From Promethearchaeota archaeon (GTDB lineage Archaea > Asgardarchaeota > Hermodarchaeia > Hermodarchaeales > Hermodarchaeaceae): a DNA stretch of 64,000 nucleotides. A program made the translations under genes and the position numbers. Shown in pieces: positions 18,988 through 28,672 of the stretch; within the stretch, counting starts at the first letter, position 1, and each line of letters begins with the position of its first letter. The DNA is taken from positions 1 to 64,000 of the forward strand of contig JBHLMG010000009.1 in NCBI GenBank assembly GCA_048938385.1, read 5' to 3'. The notes below the pieces were generated by a model. It made no database searches, had not been told where the DNA came from, and saw only the letters and a program-made list of their open reading frames with translations.

Positions 18988-19908
18988 ATGACTATGACGC
19001 CTACTCCTGAATTATTCCTTATCGGTGTGTTCATGGGACTGGTTGGAGCTGCGCTGTATGGATTTTCGAATGTTATCTATAAATCGCAAAGCCACGGAAT
19101 TCATCCAGTACTCATCAATGCTCTGAAAATGTGGATTGCTCTTCTCCTCATGGCTGTCTTAGTCATTGTCATGCTATTGTTCATCCCTTGGACGGTTCCT
19201 GTAACTGCTGTCCCTTTACTCGCTCTCTCGATTCTCTTTGGAGCAGTCTTTGGTGATTTAATCTACTTAACAAGTCAAGCACGCATCGGTGTATCTCGTG
19301 CTTTTCCAATCGCCATGACTTTCCCACTTATCACCTATTTTGCCACAGTCCTTCTCTTCGGGGAACCTCTACTCCTCACACGGTTATTAGGTGTAGTGCT
19401 GGCGATCGTTGGTGTGGTTCTAATTAGCCACGAGCAAACCAACACCAGTCAAAATTCAAACGATCCCATTGCCAAACGAGATGTTCGCATCGGAATTCTG
19501 TTAGCCATTTTAACTCCGTTCTTTTGGACAGCGGGTGCTCTAATTACCCAACTAGCTATTACCGGAGTCGACCCAGTTCAAGGAAACCTCTTCCGGGTTC
19601 TCTCTGGTTCCTTGGTGATGATACCTATTATCTTCCTTGCTCGTTCCCGCGGAATAAAGGCGCCTACCAAACGAGCCACGAAGTTCACTCTGATTGCCGG
19701 ATTTTTCGGTATGGGCATAGGCTCTATCATGTATGTAACAGCTGTCCAACTCGCTGGAGCTGCTGTAATGTCCGTACTTGCCTCAACAGCACCTATATTC
19801 GCGCTACCCTTCACTGCGTTTTACCTGAAAGAGAAGATTACGCCGTTGATTCTCGTAGGGACGATCCTAACCATTTGTGGTATTTGGTTCGTTGTCCTCG
19901 GGTTTTAA
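18988..19908 (+). CDS. EamA/DMT-family transporter
   Basis: About 10 TM helices in two repeats; IGVSRAFPI, LFGEPL, LKEKIT. Confidence 0.9.
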   Translation: MTMTPTPELFLIGVFMGLVGAALYGFSNVIYKSQSHGIHPVLINALKMWIALLLMAVLVIVMLLFIPWTVPVTAVPLLALSILFGAVFGDLIYLTSQARIGVSRAFPIAMTFPLITYFATVLLFGEPLLLTRLLGVVLAIVGVVLISHEQTNTSQNSNDPIAKRDVRIGILLAILTPFFWTAGALITQLAITGVDPVQGNLFRVLSGSLVMIPIIFLARSRGIKAPTKRATKFTLIAGFFGMGIGSIMYVTAVQLAGAAVMSVLASTAPIFALPFTAFYLKEKITPLILVGTILTICGIWFVVLGF

Positions 19909-19956
19909 AAAAAGAAGTCGGCGATTCAGCCATCAATCGTGTACAGCTGATTCGCC
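19907..19956 (-). terminator. Hairpin plus U-tract after the Dps-like gene
   Basis: Minus strand GGCGAATCAGCT...GGCTGAATCGCC followed by GACTTCTTTTTTT. Confidence 0.55.
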
Positions 19957-19976
19957 ATTATTACAAATCTAAGTCA

Positions 19977-20477
19977 CTATTTCATTCGTTTACGCATCGC
20001 ATCGAGGTCTTCCATAATGGCTTCCAAATCTTCTTCGTGTTTAATTTCGTCTTGCATGATTTTGTAGGCAAGATGCTGGGTTATTGCATCCTTTCCCTTC
20101 GTCATTTCTGCGATCTTGTAATAAACATCAATAGCACATTGTTCACCCTTGATATTCTGCTTTAAAATTGGTTCAACATAAGGGTCCTTCGGAACCTCAT
20201 AACCACAATTGGTTTTTGTAAGCCATTCAGATGGATTGAGGATTGGGGTGCCACCTAATTGGATGATTCGTTCAACTAGCATACCGGCGTGCTCTAGTTC
20301 TTCGTTAGCGTGTTCCCCAAGTTCACTTGCAACTAAATCACGCATTGGTCCTACTACGATCTTTGATCCGATCCAGTATTGGTAATAGGCTAACCATTCG
20401 TCGGCTAGTGCTTTATTAAGCCATTCAATGAGCTCTTCGATGTCGAGCTTGATGATTTCACGACCCTTTGTACCCAT
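19977..20477 (-). CDS. Dps-like / bacterioferritin-like protein (DpsL type)
   Basis: LNKALADEWLAYYQYW, EHANEELEH, RIIQLGG, GEQCAI, DEIKHE. Confidence 0.85.
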   Translation of the reverse strand: MGTKGREIIKLDIEELIEWLNKALADEWLAYYQYWIGSKIVVGPMRDLVASELGEHANEELEHAGMLVERIIQLGGTPILNPSEWLTKTNCGYEVPKDPYVEPILKQNIKGEQCAIDVYYKIAEMTKGKDAITQHLAYKIMQDEIKHEEDLEAIMEDLDAMRKRMK

Positions 20478-20765
20478 AATAATCCACCAACATAGTGCTT
20501 TTGTGAATAGAGATGGCTTATTCTCCCTTTTATATAGTAATTATCTGGTAAGGGTCTTGAATTGATCCCCGGTATTGGCGTTCTGAATCATAAGCAGTGG
20601 TCCCTTTGACTTCGGTCTCTCGACCATACTATGAAATCATAAACAATTAGTTCTTCTTCGCCAATTGATAGGGTAGCTAACGACTTTGAAAAAGAAAGGG
20701 GCAGGAAGGTGGCGTTAAGCCATCTTCTGCTGCAGTATGAATAAAGGTTGCTTTTTTTGTTGTGT

Positions 20766-21260
20766 TTATTTCTCGCGTTGACCAAGTCTTGCATCGAGCA
20801 TGAATAAAGCACCCTTTTGATCGCCAATCTGTTTGAGTAGATCCGCGACTCGTTTAGTCTGCTCCTCTTCTTCTACTTGTTCTTCGTAGAACCAGTTGAG
20901 GAGAGGAATAGCGGACTTGTCGCCAAGTTTTTTGGCGAGTTCACCGATTTTGAAAATCCGTTCGGTGACGATTTTTTCATGCTCATAAGCATTCTCCCAA
21001 GCCGCACGGGCTGAATCCCATTCAGTGGCGGGACCTTTGATATCGGTGAGAATTACGCGTCCTCCCCGATCAGTTACATGTTCCCAAAACCGCATGGCGT
21101 GTGCATATTCTTCGCCTGCTTGGATTTTCATCCAATGAGCCATGCCAGATAGATTCTTGGATTCAAAATATGCGGCCATGGAAAGGTAAATGTAACCTGA
21201 ATATAGTTCGAAGTTAATTTGATCGTTAATTGCTTCTTGAAGTTCTTTACTAATTTCCAT
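20766..21260 (-). CDS. ftnA: Ferritin
   Basis: NDQINFELYSGYIYLSM, EEYAHA, HEKIVT, WFYEEQVEEE. Confidence 0.92.
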   Translation of the reverse strand: MEISKELQEAINDQINFELYSGYIYLSMAAYFESKNLSGMAHWMKIQAGEEYAHAMRFWEHVTDRGGRVILTDIKGPATEWDSARAAWENAYEHEKIVTERIFKIGELAKKLGDKSAIPLLNWFYEEQVEEEEQTKRVADLLKQIGDQKGALFMLDARLGQREK

Positions 21261-21425
21261 GTATTATCACTTCCGCAATTGGGTTACTGCTGAAGCGGTA
21301 TTTCTTCCTGCTTTATATTTGTAGTGAAGTTCGCAACTAGCTCATTGTTTATGCACACTGGTGTAACATGTCTCGGGCGTTCAATAGCCTTTTATGCAGT
21401 AGCTTCGAAACGATGTTGAGCAATC

Positions 21426-21959
21426 ATGAAAGCGTTAATCATTATCGACATGCTCAATGACTTTGTCACGGGCTCACTGAAATGTGATCGCGCTCAACGC
21501 ATTATTCCAAATATCAAGAAACTCATTGAGGGTTTTCATAAACACAAACTCCTCGTTATCTTCGCTAACGATAGCCACCTTCCCACGGACTTTGAAATGG
21601 GTAAATGGGGTGCCCACGCAATTGAAGGCACTGAAGGTGCTCAAGTGATTCCAGAACTTGATCCGCAGGATGAGGACATCACCGTGAGTAAACATGTCTA
21701 TAGTAGCTTCTTCGAAACCCCGCTGGATTCGATACTTCGAAGCCAAAAAATCGATACAGTGGTCTTGACCGGGTTGCATACTCACTTGTGCGTTCGTCAT
21801 ACTGCTGCAGACGCATTTTTCCGTGGATACAAGATCATTGTTCCTGAAAATGGCGTGGACTCGTTTACCGCAGAGGATCACGAATCCGGGTTAGCGTATC
21901 TAAAAGAATACTATGGTGCAATAATTACGGATGCTAAGGCTATTCTGAAGGATTTGTGA
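21426..21959 (+). CDS. pncA: Isochorismatase-family hydrolase / nicotinamidase
   Basis: IIDMLNDF, DSH, WGAHA, K..YSSF, TGLHTHLCVRHTA; near pncB. Confidence 0.75.
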   Translation: MKALIIIDMLNDFVTGSLKCDRAQRIIPNIKKLIEGFHKHKLLVIFANDSHLPTDFEMGKWGAHAIEGTEGAQVIPELDPQDEDITVSKHVYSSFFETPLDSILRSQKIDTVVLTGLHTHLCVRHTAADAFFRGYKIIVPENGVDSFTAEDHESGLAYLKEYYGAIITDAKAILKDL

Positions 21960-22020
21960 ACTTTTCATCCAATATGATATCATCACATTGGAATAAGTTG
22001 ACTTGCTGCTTCTTGTGAAG

Positions 22021-23178
22021 TCATTCAAGTAATGCCTTGAGTTGTTTTTGGATTGCTTCAAGTTCCGGTTGACTAGATCTACTGAGTTCTTTTTTGAGTG
22101 GCCAAAGCTTCACCAATATTGATCGAGCGATATCTTCTGTAAGTAATCCGAGGTCATGGCTCGTTTCGAGTACATATACCAAATCTGTGAAGGCTTGCTC
22201 TGGGTCAGGTGGTAAGGGGTCTATCAGGATGCTGTGAATGATTTCTCGTTCTCTTTCAGCAAGGTCTTTTTCTTCCCTGACAAAAAGTTGCTCTAACCGC
22301 TTCAGGTCTGATCGTTTGAGGTGTAATCCACTCCCACCTAGATTTTCTTCAAGGTGGTTAATTTTTGATGATCCCGTTAGGGCACAGATAATCTTCGGTT
22401 GTGCCAGTACCCAAGCAATGGCTAGTTGTACAGGAGTTGTACCGTACTCTTGCGCAAGGTGTATGAAATAATCCTTAATTCGTAAAGCAGATTCAAATCG
22501 TGCTCGTTGAAATAGAGGATCTAGCTTTCTAAGATCGCCTGGTTCGAATTGGGTGTCAGATTCGTATTTACCGGTTAAGATTCCGCGACCTGTCGCACTG
22601 AATCCGATCCCTGCGACATCGTAGGTGTGACAAAAAGGGAGGAGTTCGTCTCGAGATTTTCGGGCAACAGCGCTTAACTCCATCAAGATAGAGAATGGAG
22701 ATCCTTGCTCACAATATTCCTTTACTCGAATTCCCGGTAGATGCCCAATCCCGTAATGACGGATTTTTTCTTCTGCTATCAAATCTTCGAGTGCTTCAAT
22801 TGTCTCTGCTACAGGTGTTCTAGGGTCATTGAAGTGGACTTGATATAAATCGATGTAATCAGTGCTAAGCTGTTCTAGGCTACGCGCGCAGGCCTCATGT
22901 ATGTAGGTCTTTGAAAGGTTGGGAGTAAACCCTTCACGAATTCCAACCTTTGTGGCAATGTAGACTTCCTCACGGAAAGGTTTGATGCTGTCACCCAAAA
23001 TTTTCTCAGCGTTGCCATATCCTTCAGCGGTATCAAAGAAATTAACCCCCATCCTATAGGCACATTGAAGCATCCTTTGAAAACCTGGAATATCCACTGC
23101 GCCATAAACGCCGCTAAGGGCGTAGCAACCCACACCCACCTCGGAAATTTCGAGGTCATGGTGTTTCCGGTACTCCAT
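22021..23178 (-). CDS. Aldo/keto reductase with C-terminal helical extension
   Basis: FFDTAEGYG, IATKVG, DYIDLYQVH, QLAIAWVL. Confidence 0.9.
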   Translation of the reverse strand: MEYRKHHDLEISEVGVGCYALSGVYGAVDIPGFQRMLQCAYRMGVNFFDTAEGYGNAEKILGDSIKPFREEVYIATKVGIREGFTPNLSKTYIHEACARSLEQLSTDYIDLYQVHFNDPRTPVAETIEALEDLIAEEKIRHYGIGHLPGIRVKEYCEQGSPFSILMELSAVARKSRDELLPFCHTYDVAGIGFSATGRGILTGKYESDTQFEPGDLRKLDPLFQRARFESALRIKDYFIHLAQEYGTTPVQLAIAWVLAQPKIICALTGSSKINHLEENLGGSGLHLKRSDLKRLEQLFVREEKDLAEREREIIHSILIDPLPPDPEQAFTDLVYVLETSHDLGLLTEDIARSILVKLWPLKKELSRSSQPELEAIQKQLKALLE

Positions 23179-23221
23179 GTCTACTGAAGGGCATTTACAA
23201 ATGATAAAGGTTTTCAGCTAG

Positions 23222-24691
23222 TCAGGATTTTTTAGTAATGGACTCAAACGCTTTTTCTAGCTCTGGGCTTAATTTCACTGGGTAAATAGGTGGATCCGTG
23301 AGTATGCGATACGAAGCTGGAAGCTGCTCGATTTGGCTCCGGCAGTAAGCCCGAATTTCATCAAGGTGGGGAAATTCGTAAACGAGTTGGCCCTTTTTGA
23401 TAATAGGAATAAGTAACGCTTCTGTTTCCGGAATGGTTTCATTCCAGCGCGCAACGGTATCTCTGTGAAACAAACCGGTCTTATCACGGTGGCGGAACAC
23501 TTGCTTGCGATAGGGAACTAAGACTTTCTCTGCACTCAGTTTGGTTTTTGGAATTGGATGTCCATCCTTATCGATGCGTTCAACCAACTTGTACACACCC
23601 TGTAAAGCTGAAGGTCCACCTTCACGAGTGATGGGGTTAAAGTTTGCTCCGGTTACTAAGCGGGTACCCACACCAAACCCATCAATGGGGGCTTGTGCAC
23701 GGACTAATTCTTCAATGTGGTATTCATCTAAATCGCTACTCACGAAAATTTTCACATCACTGAGACCGGCGTCATCCAAGATTTTGCGTGCTTGTTGACT
23801 TAAGGTAAGGAGATCCCCGCTATCTAGCCGTATTCCTTGGAGGTTGTGGCCTTGTTCGCTTAGTTCTTTCCCGATTATAGTAGCGTTCTGCACACCCTGC
23901 AGTGTGTCGTAGGTGTCTACTAAGAGAATGACATTGTGGGGGAAAGAGTGGCTGTATTCACGAAATGCTTGGAGCTCATTCGATCGGTTCTGAATGAAGG
24001 CGTGGGGCATCGTCCCAATGTATGGAATCCCCCAAACCTTTCCCGCCAAGACTAAAGAAGTTCCCGTGGCGCCCGCGAGATAGGAGGCACGAGCCGCTAA
24101 AATCGCGGCGTCTCGACCATGTGCTCGTCTAGCCCCGAAATCAACTACGGTTCGTTCCCCGGCCACATCCACCATTCGGGCAGCTTTGGTAGCGACCAAG
24201 GTTTGAAAGTTCATCACGTTTAGCAGGTAAGTTTCCAATACCTGAACCTCAATTGCAGGGCCAGTCACATTGACGATAGGTTCATCTTCAAACACGATAG
24301 TGCCTTCAGGTACGGCGTAAATCTCTCCGGTGAATTTGAAGTTTAATAAAAAATCTAGAAACCCGTTTTTAAAATCTGGACCAGAAGTAGCTTCTAGCCA
24401 TCCCAAGTCCTTTTCTTCGAATCGAAGGTGTTGGATGTAAGCGATGAATTGCTCTAGCCCAGCGGCCACCATGTATCCACCAAAAGGTGGATTTCGAACA
24501 AAGTATTCTTGGGTGACAACGGCCTGGTTGTCATGGTCGAAATCAGTCTTGGTGCTGGTCAGTTCGTAATAATCCAAAAATAAGGCAATTTCATTCCGTG
24601 AAATTAATCCTAAATTGGGGCTTGGGGGTGGCATTAATCGTTCCTCCAGTAACTCCAGTGTTACCGATAGAAGCATGTTTCTTTCTCTCAT
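23222..24691 (-). CDS. pncB: Nicotinate phosphoribosyltransferase
   Basis: DYYELT, DFGARRAHG, GTMPHAFI, LVDTYDT, GIRLDSGD, GFGVGT, VYKL. Confidence 0.92.
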   Translation of the reverse strand: MRERNMLLSVTLELLEERLMPPPSPNLGLISRNEIALFLDYYELTSTKTDFDHDNQAVVTQEYFVRNPPFGGYMVAAGLEQFIAYIQHLRFEEKDLGWLEATSGPDFKNGFLDFLLNFKFTGEIYAVPEGTIVFEDEPIVNVTGPAIEVQVLETYLLNVMNFQTLVATKAARMVDVAGERTVVDFGARRAHGRDAAILAARASYLAGATGTSLVLAGKVWGIPYIGTMPHAFIQNRSNELQAFREYSHSFPHNVILLVDTYDTLQGVQNATIIGKELSEQGHNLQGIRLDSGDLLTLSQQARKILDDAGLSDVKIFVSSDLDEYHIEELVRAQAPIDGFGVGTRLVTGANFNPITREGGPSALQGVYKLVERIDKDGHPIPKTKLSAEKVLVPYRKQVFRHRDKTGLFHRDTVARWNETIPETEALLIPIIKKGQLVYEFPHLDEIRAYCRSQIEQLPASYRILTDPPIYPVKLSPELEKAFESITKKS

Positions 24692-24923
24692 AAGCCTATT
24701 GACAGAGCTTTTTTACACACTTCGTCGTTAGCTTCCGTGGAGAATCAAACATAGTGGAATTCGCCATCTTGGATTGCATTCAATTGGTAAAGAATCGTCA
24801 AGAGGAAGAGCCTTGTAGGGCTTACCAGTTGCCTTTTCCTATTATATGGTATCGCGGGTTACTTTATCACAATCAAAGACCTTAGAAAGGCTTTTGACAA
24901 CACATCCCATAGTGTGATCGAAG

Positions 24924-25430
24924 GTGTACTGCATGTCCTCACTGCTTCAAATCGGTCAAGTAGCTCCGCCTGTTAAACTCTATGATACCGCGTTTAACCT
25001 ACGGACTCTTAAAGAATTCAAAGGGCAAATCGTCGTCTTGGCCTTCTTCCCTGGGGCGTTTACTGCAGTGTGCACAAAGGAACTTTGCCACTTTCGAGAC
25101 AGTCTGGCCAACTTTGAATCCGTTAACGCTCAGGTTCTTGCTATTAGCGTTAACGACCCTTTCACGAACAAAGCCTTCGCTGAACAAAACCGTCTTACAT
25201 TTCCCCTTCTAAGCGATTACAACAGGGTTACCATCCGGGCTTGGGATGTGGTGCAACAAGGTATCGGTCCTCTTAACGATTATACAGTGGCTAAACGCGC
25301 AGTCTTCGTTATCAGTCCAGAGGGGTTCATTCGCTGGAAGTGGATAACTGATAATCCTGCAGTTGAACCACCTTATGGTGAAGTTCAACATGCGGTCGAT
25401 AACATCGGTCGAGGACAATCCGCTGATTAA
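24924..25430 (+). CDS. Peroxiredoxin (BCP/PrxQ-like)
   Basis: FPGAFTAVCTKELC (PxxxTxxC), LLSD, KRAVF. Confidence 0.9.
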   Translation: MYCMSSLLQIGQVAPPVKLYDTAFNLRTLKEFKGQIVVLAFFPGAFTAVCTKELCHFRDSLANFESVNAQVLAISVNDPFTNKAFAEQNRLTFPLLSDYNRVTIRAWDVVQQGIGPLNDYTVAKRAVFVISPEGFIRWKWITDNPAVEPPYGEVQHAVDNIGRGQSAD

Positions 25431-25449
25431 TTGGCTCTCACAAAGTATG

Positions 25450-26145
25450 TTATGCTTTCTTATTCCCATGTAGGGTTATCGTGATATTTTCCACAGGAAT
25501 CTTTTTCCCAGACTGAGCGATGGCAGTTTCTACGATCCGTTGAAGCCCTGAACAACAGGGAACCTCCATCTTCACCACGGTCACGCTCTTAACCGTGTTC
25601 TTCTGGAAGATGTCGGTAAGTTTGTCGATATATCCTTGGGCATCATCGAACTTCGGACAGCCATACACAAGAACTCTCCCGGGTAAATACTCTTGTTGAA
25701 AAAGAGGGTATGCAAAGGGCACACAATCCGCAGCGACCAAGATATCGGCGTCTTTGAAAAAGGGAGCGTTCACGGACACCAAGCGCAAAGCAATAGGCCA
25801 CTGCCGTTGCCCGATTGGCACCACTTTGCCGCTTAACTGCGAAGGGACTTCGATGGTGGAACCGTCGACTTTCACATCACAGGATGTACACTCAGGTGCA
25901 CCAACTTGGGCAAGGTGGTCATCTACAGCCTCTTCGTCAAAGTCGGGTGCTTCACGGCGAATGATTTTCAACGCATCTTCTGGACAATGCCCCAAACATG
26001 CTCCCAGGCCGTCACATAAATCATCACGAATTAGCTTTGCCTTGCCTTCAACGATTTGAAGGGCACCTTCAGCACAGTTTGGTATGCATTCTCCACAGCC
26101 CGTGCATTTTTCTTCGTCGATTTCGATGATTTCCCGGACAGGCAT
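25450..26145 (-). CDS. 4Fe-4S ferredoxin-domain protein with conserved Cys-rich C-terminal domain
   Basis: CTGCGECIPNC, CDGLGACLGHCP, QWP, ADC, GCPKFD, MEVPCC; start reassigned to 26145. Confidence 0.85.
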   Translation of the reverse strand: MPVREIIEIDEEKCTGCGECIPNCAEGALQIVEGKAKLIRDDLCDGLGACLGHCPEDALKIIRREAPDFDEEAVDDHLAQVGAPECTSCDVKVDGSTIEVPSQLSGKVVPIGQRQWPIALRLVSVNAPFFKDADILVAADCVPFAYPLFQQEYLPGRVLVYGCPKFDDAQGYIDKLTDIFQKNTVKSVTVVKMEVPCCSGLQRIVETAIAQSGKKIPVENITITLHGNKKA

Positions 26146-26201
26146 ATTAACGCTGTTAACTCTAAGGGTTTTTAACCTCTTCCAACTTCCCAAACACACC
26201 C

Positions 26202-26258
26202 AAAAAAAGGGCGAAAAAAGGAAAAACAACCGCCCGACGCGAGGTCGAGCAGGTTGTT
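26202..26258 (-). terminator. 14-bp hairpin plus long U-tract
   Basis: Minus strand AACAACCTGCTCGAC-CTCGC-GTCGGGCGGTTGTT, then a T-rich tract. Confidence 0.65.
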
Positions 26259-26281
26259 GGAAGGAGGGTCTTATAGGCGGG

Positions 26282-27661
26282 TTATGCTTGCTTACGACGG
26301 CGCACAAAGAAGACGGCTACCAGACAGACGATGACTCCAATGAGAATGGCTTCTAATGGGAATCCGGGGATTTCAGGAGCGGCTTGTCCGATATTGGAGT
26401 AGGCAGTGTAGACGGGATCGTGTTCAATGCGATAGCCTCCGAATTTAGGAAAGCTGATCGCGTACCAGAAGGCAACTTTGTTGAATGCAGAGTTGGCGTG
26501 GTTGTAGACATCGAGTGGTCCTGTGTAAAGGGTTTGGAGCATCGGACTTACGGCGTAGGACCAGATGGCAAGGAAGTCAGCTGAGAGGGGTAACTGCCAA
26601 CCAACGAGAAGCAAATCAGTGAAGGTTGGTGTCATCACCCAGGCAATCGCTGGTTCATCATCACGAAGAGTGATGCCGCTCGTCTCATTGATTACATCAT
26701 AGGTACCACGGACTCCAACAGCAAAAGCTCGTTCATTGCCTGCTGGATCTGTTGCGATGGTTCCTGCAATCCAGTCAGCTGCTGCCACAGGCATGGTGGT
26801 TCCTGGGTCAGTAAAGTACTCTGAACCCCAAGCGGTGACAAAATGCGCCATACCAATCGTGACATTCTGGAGTGCCTCGTGAACCTCGGTCATGTTATCG
26901 ATTTCGCCTATCCCGGCAACATGAAGCTCTTGGACTTGTCCAATATTGTAGAAGGTTTCTGCAGTAATTTCTCCGCTTGTCTCGTTCACTTTGATATCGT
27001 AGATGAACTCAAGTTCGCTGATTTGGAACTCGACAAGTGGAAGACCTAAAGTGAGCCAAAAGGCCAACCAGTTTTCACGTGACACGATCCGTGCATACAG
27101 GTCATTGTATCGCATTCCGAATCGGTAATGCCCTGGTTCAGGGTTTGTGACATCAATGGCGTCGACAGAGGGTGTTGCAGTCTTGTTTCCGCCATCGTAT
27201 CCGTAAGGAACAACGAACCAACTGGCCTCAGAACCATCACGGATATTGTTTCCATTAGTGTCGTTGAATGCATACATGAAGGCAAAGACGGCTCCAGTAA
27301 AGATTTCCTTACCAGTTGGTGTGGTAAAGTGCATTCCAAAGAGTTGGTAGGGGAAGGTTGAGTGGGTGTCGTTTTCGTAGATGTAGACATCGCCAAGTGC
27401 TAGGAGAGCGGCTTGAAAAGCGCCAGTTCCCTCATAGTTGATGTGATGCATTATGATTTCGATAGAATTGTTCGTAACTGGATCTTCGTGGGTCGTAACA
27501 TTGGTCCAAAAGGGCTCAGTAAATGTGTGACCAAAAAGGGCGGCTTCACTTCCTGGAACATAGGTCGCTGGGGGTGTTGCGCTAGCTGTTATTGGGGTAG
27601 CGAGAAGCATCATTGCAAGCGCTAGAATCACTGTGGGTAGAATTTTCGTTTTTATATTCAT
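26282..27661 (-). CDS. Secreted cell-surface protein with IPGF (PGF/Loki-CTERM-like) sorting signal; paralog of 28673-30061
   Basis: Signal peptide; many NxS/T sequons; C-terminal EIPGFPLEAILIG, TM, RRRK. Confidence 0.75.
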   Translation of the reverse strand: MNIKTKILPTVILALAMMLLATPITASATPPATYVPGSEAALFGHTFTEPFWTNVTTHEDPVTNNSIEIIMHHINYEGTGAFQAALLALGDVYIYENDTHSTFPYQLFGMHFTTPTGKEIFTGAVFAFMYAFNDTNGNNIRDGSEASWFVVPYGYDGGNKTATPSVDAIDVTNPEPGHYRFGMRYNDLYARIVSRENWLAFWLTLGLPLVEFQISELEFIYDIKVNETSGEITAETFYNIGQVQELHVAGIGEIDNMTEVHEALQNVTIGMAHFVTAWGSEYFTDPGTTMPVAAADWIAGTIATDPAGNERAFAVGVRGTYDVINETSGITLRDDEPAIAWVMTPTFTDLLLVGWQLPLSADFLAIWSYAVSPMLQTLYTGPLDVYNHANSAFNKVAFWYAISFPKFGGYRIEHDPVYTAYSNIGQAAPEIPGFPLEAILIGVIVCLVAVFFVRRRKQA

Positions 27662-27811
27662 GTTTCCACACCTAAACCCATGAAGGGTTTGATGTTAGTT
27701 GTTAAAGTTCCCTCTCAACTGACGAATTTAAAGAAGCTGAAAAGTTTAGTTTTCTGTCTAGAAAACTGCGGTTTACTAACAAATTTGTTACTAAATCCCT
27801 CTAAAGAGGGG

Positions 27812-28558
27812 TTAGTGGGCTCGGACCACCCAGGTTCGTGTGTATTGACCGAAAAAGCGGAGGAACCCGTTTTTCCGCGACTTTATCAATCCGGCGAGGA
27901 CATCAAAGGGGAGAATCAATACCTTAGTCAAGGCGCGAATCGCTGCAGGGAAGGGCTGCATCCGTGCCCCACTCACATCTACAATTCGTAAACCCATTAT
28001 TATTTTACCTAATGTCTGTCCGCGATATCCTTCCATCAAGGCAAAATACATCCATAACACTGCTAACACAAAAGCCCGAATTAAAACGACAATTAAATCT
28101 GGGTATCCAAAGAGCGTATCCATCATACGGGTGAGGAACAGTGGCATCGGTAAGTCAAAGAGCCACCAGGCTGGGGCAAGGTTGAGAGCTGAGAAGTCTG
28201 CGGCGATAAATATCAAAGCGAGAATTAATGCTACATCGATGAACATTGCGATCAGACGGCGGAAGAAAAACAATCCTAGTCTTTCAGACCGAGGTGTTTC
28301 CTTTCCGGTTAATCGGCCTTCAAGCATTTGCCAGATGCGGTAAAGTTGGAGCCCTTCCTTCGAAATTCGATACTTACCTTCAACTTGGGTTAGAAAGGGG
28401 TCTAGTTTCTGTAGGTGAAAATTCAGTTTCCCACTTGAAATGTTCACATGGTCCAAGATTCGAGAATAGGCAATATCTGGGTTGGCGTAGACAGTTTCAA
28501 GGATTTGACGACGGAGTGAATGGCCAATGGCGGTTAAAAAATCGTCCAGGTCAGTCAC
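27812..28558 (-). CDS. ArsR-type winged HTH fused to an RDD membrane domain
   Basis: AIGHSLRRQIL...SSGKLNFHLQKL; RRLIAMFID; GQTLGKIIMGLRIVD. Confidence 0.85.
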   Translation of the reverse strand: MTDLDDFLTAIGHSLRRQILETVYANPDIAYSRILDHVNISSGKLNFHLQKLDPFLTQVEGKYRISKEGLQLYRIWQMLEGRLTGKETPRSERLGLFFFRRLIAMFIDVALILALIFIAADFSALNLAPAWWLFDLPMPLFLTRMMDTLFGYPDLIVVLIRAFVLAVLWMYFALMEGYRGQTLGKIIMGLRIVDVSGARMQPFPAAIRALTKVLILPFDVLAGLIKSRKNGFLRFFGQYTRTWVVRAH

Positions 28559-28672
28559 AATGTGCGCCTTCCCTGTGTTCTATACTCACTGCCGAGGTTG
28601 CGCCTTTATACGTATCGCCACGCCTGCTGAGGGACTTTAGATTTCAACAACTGTGGTGTTATCAAAAACCAA

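Noticed and set aside
21280-21300. Resemblance of GCUUCAGCAGUA to the eukaryotic ferritin IRE
   Set aside because: The loop would be CAGUAA and the flanking 5-bp upper stem does not pair, so it is not a canonical IRE. Only the alternative hairpin is reported.
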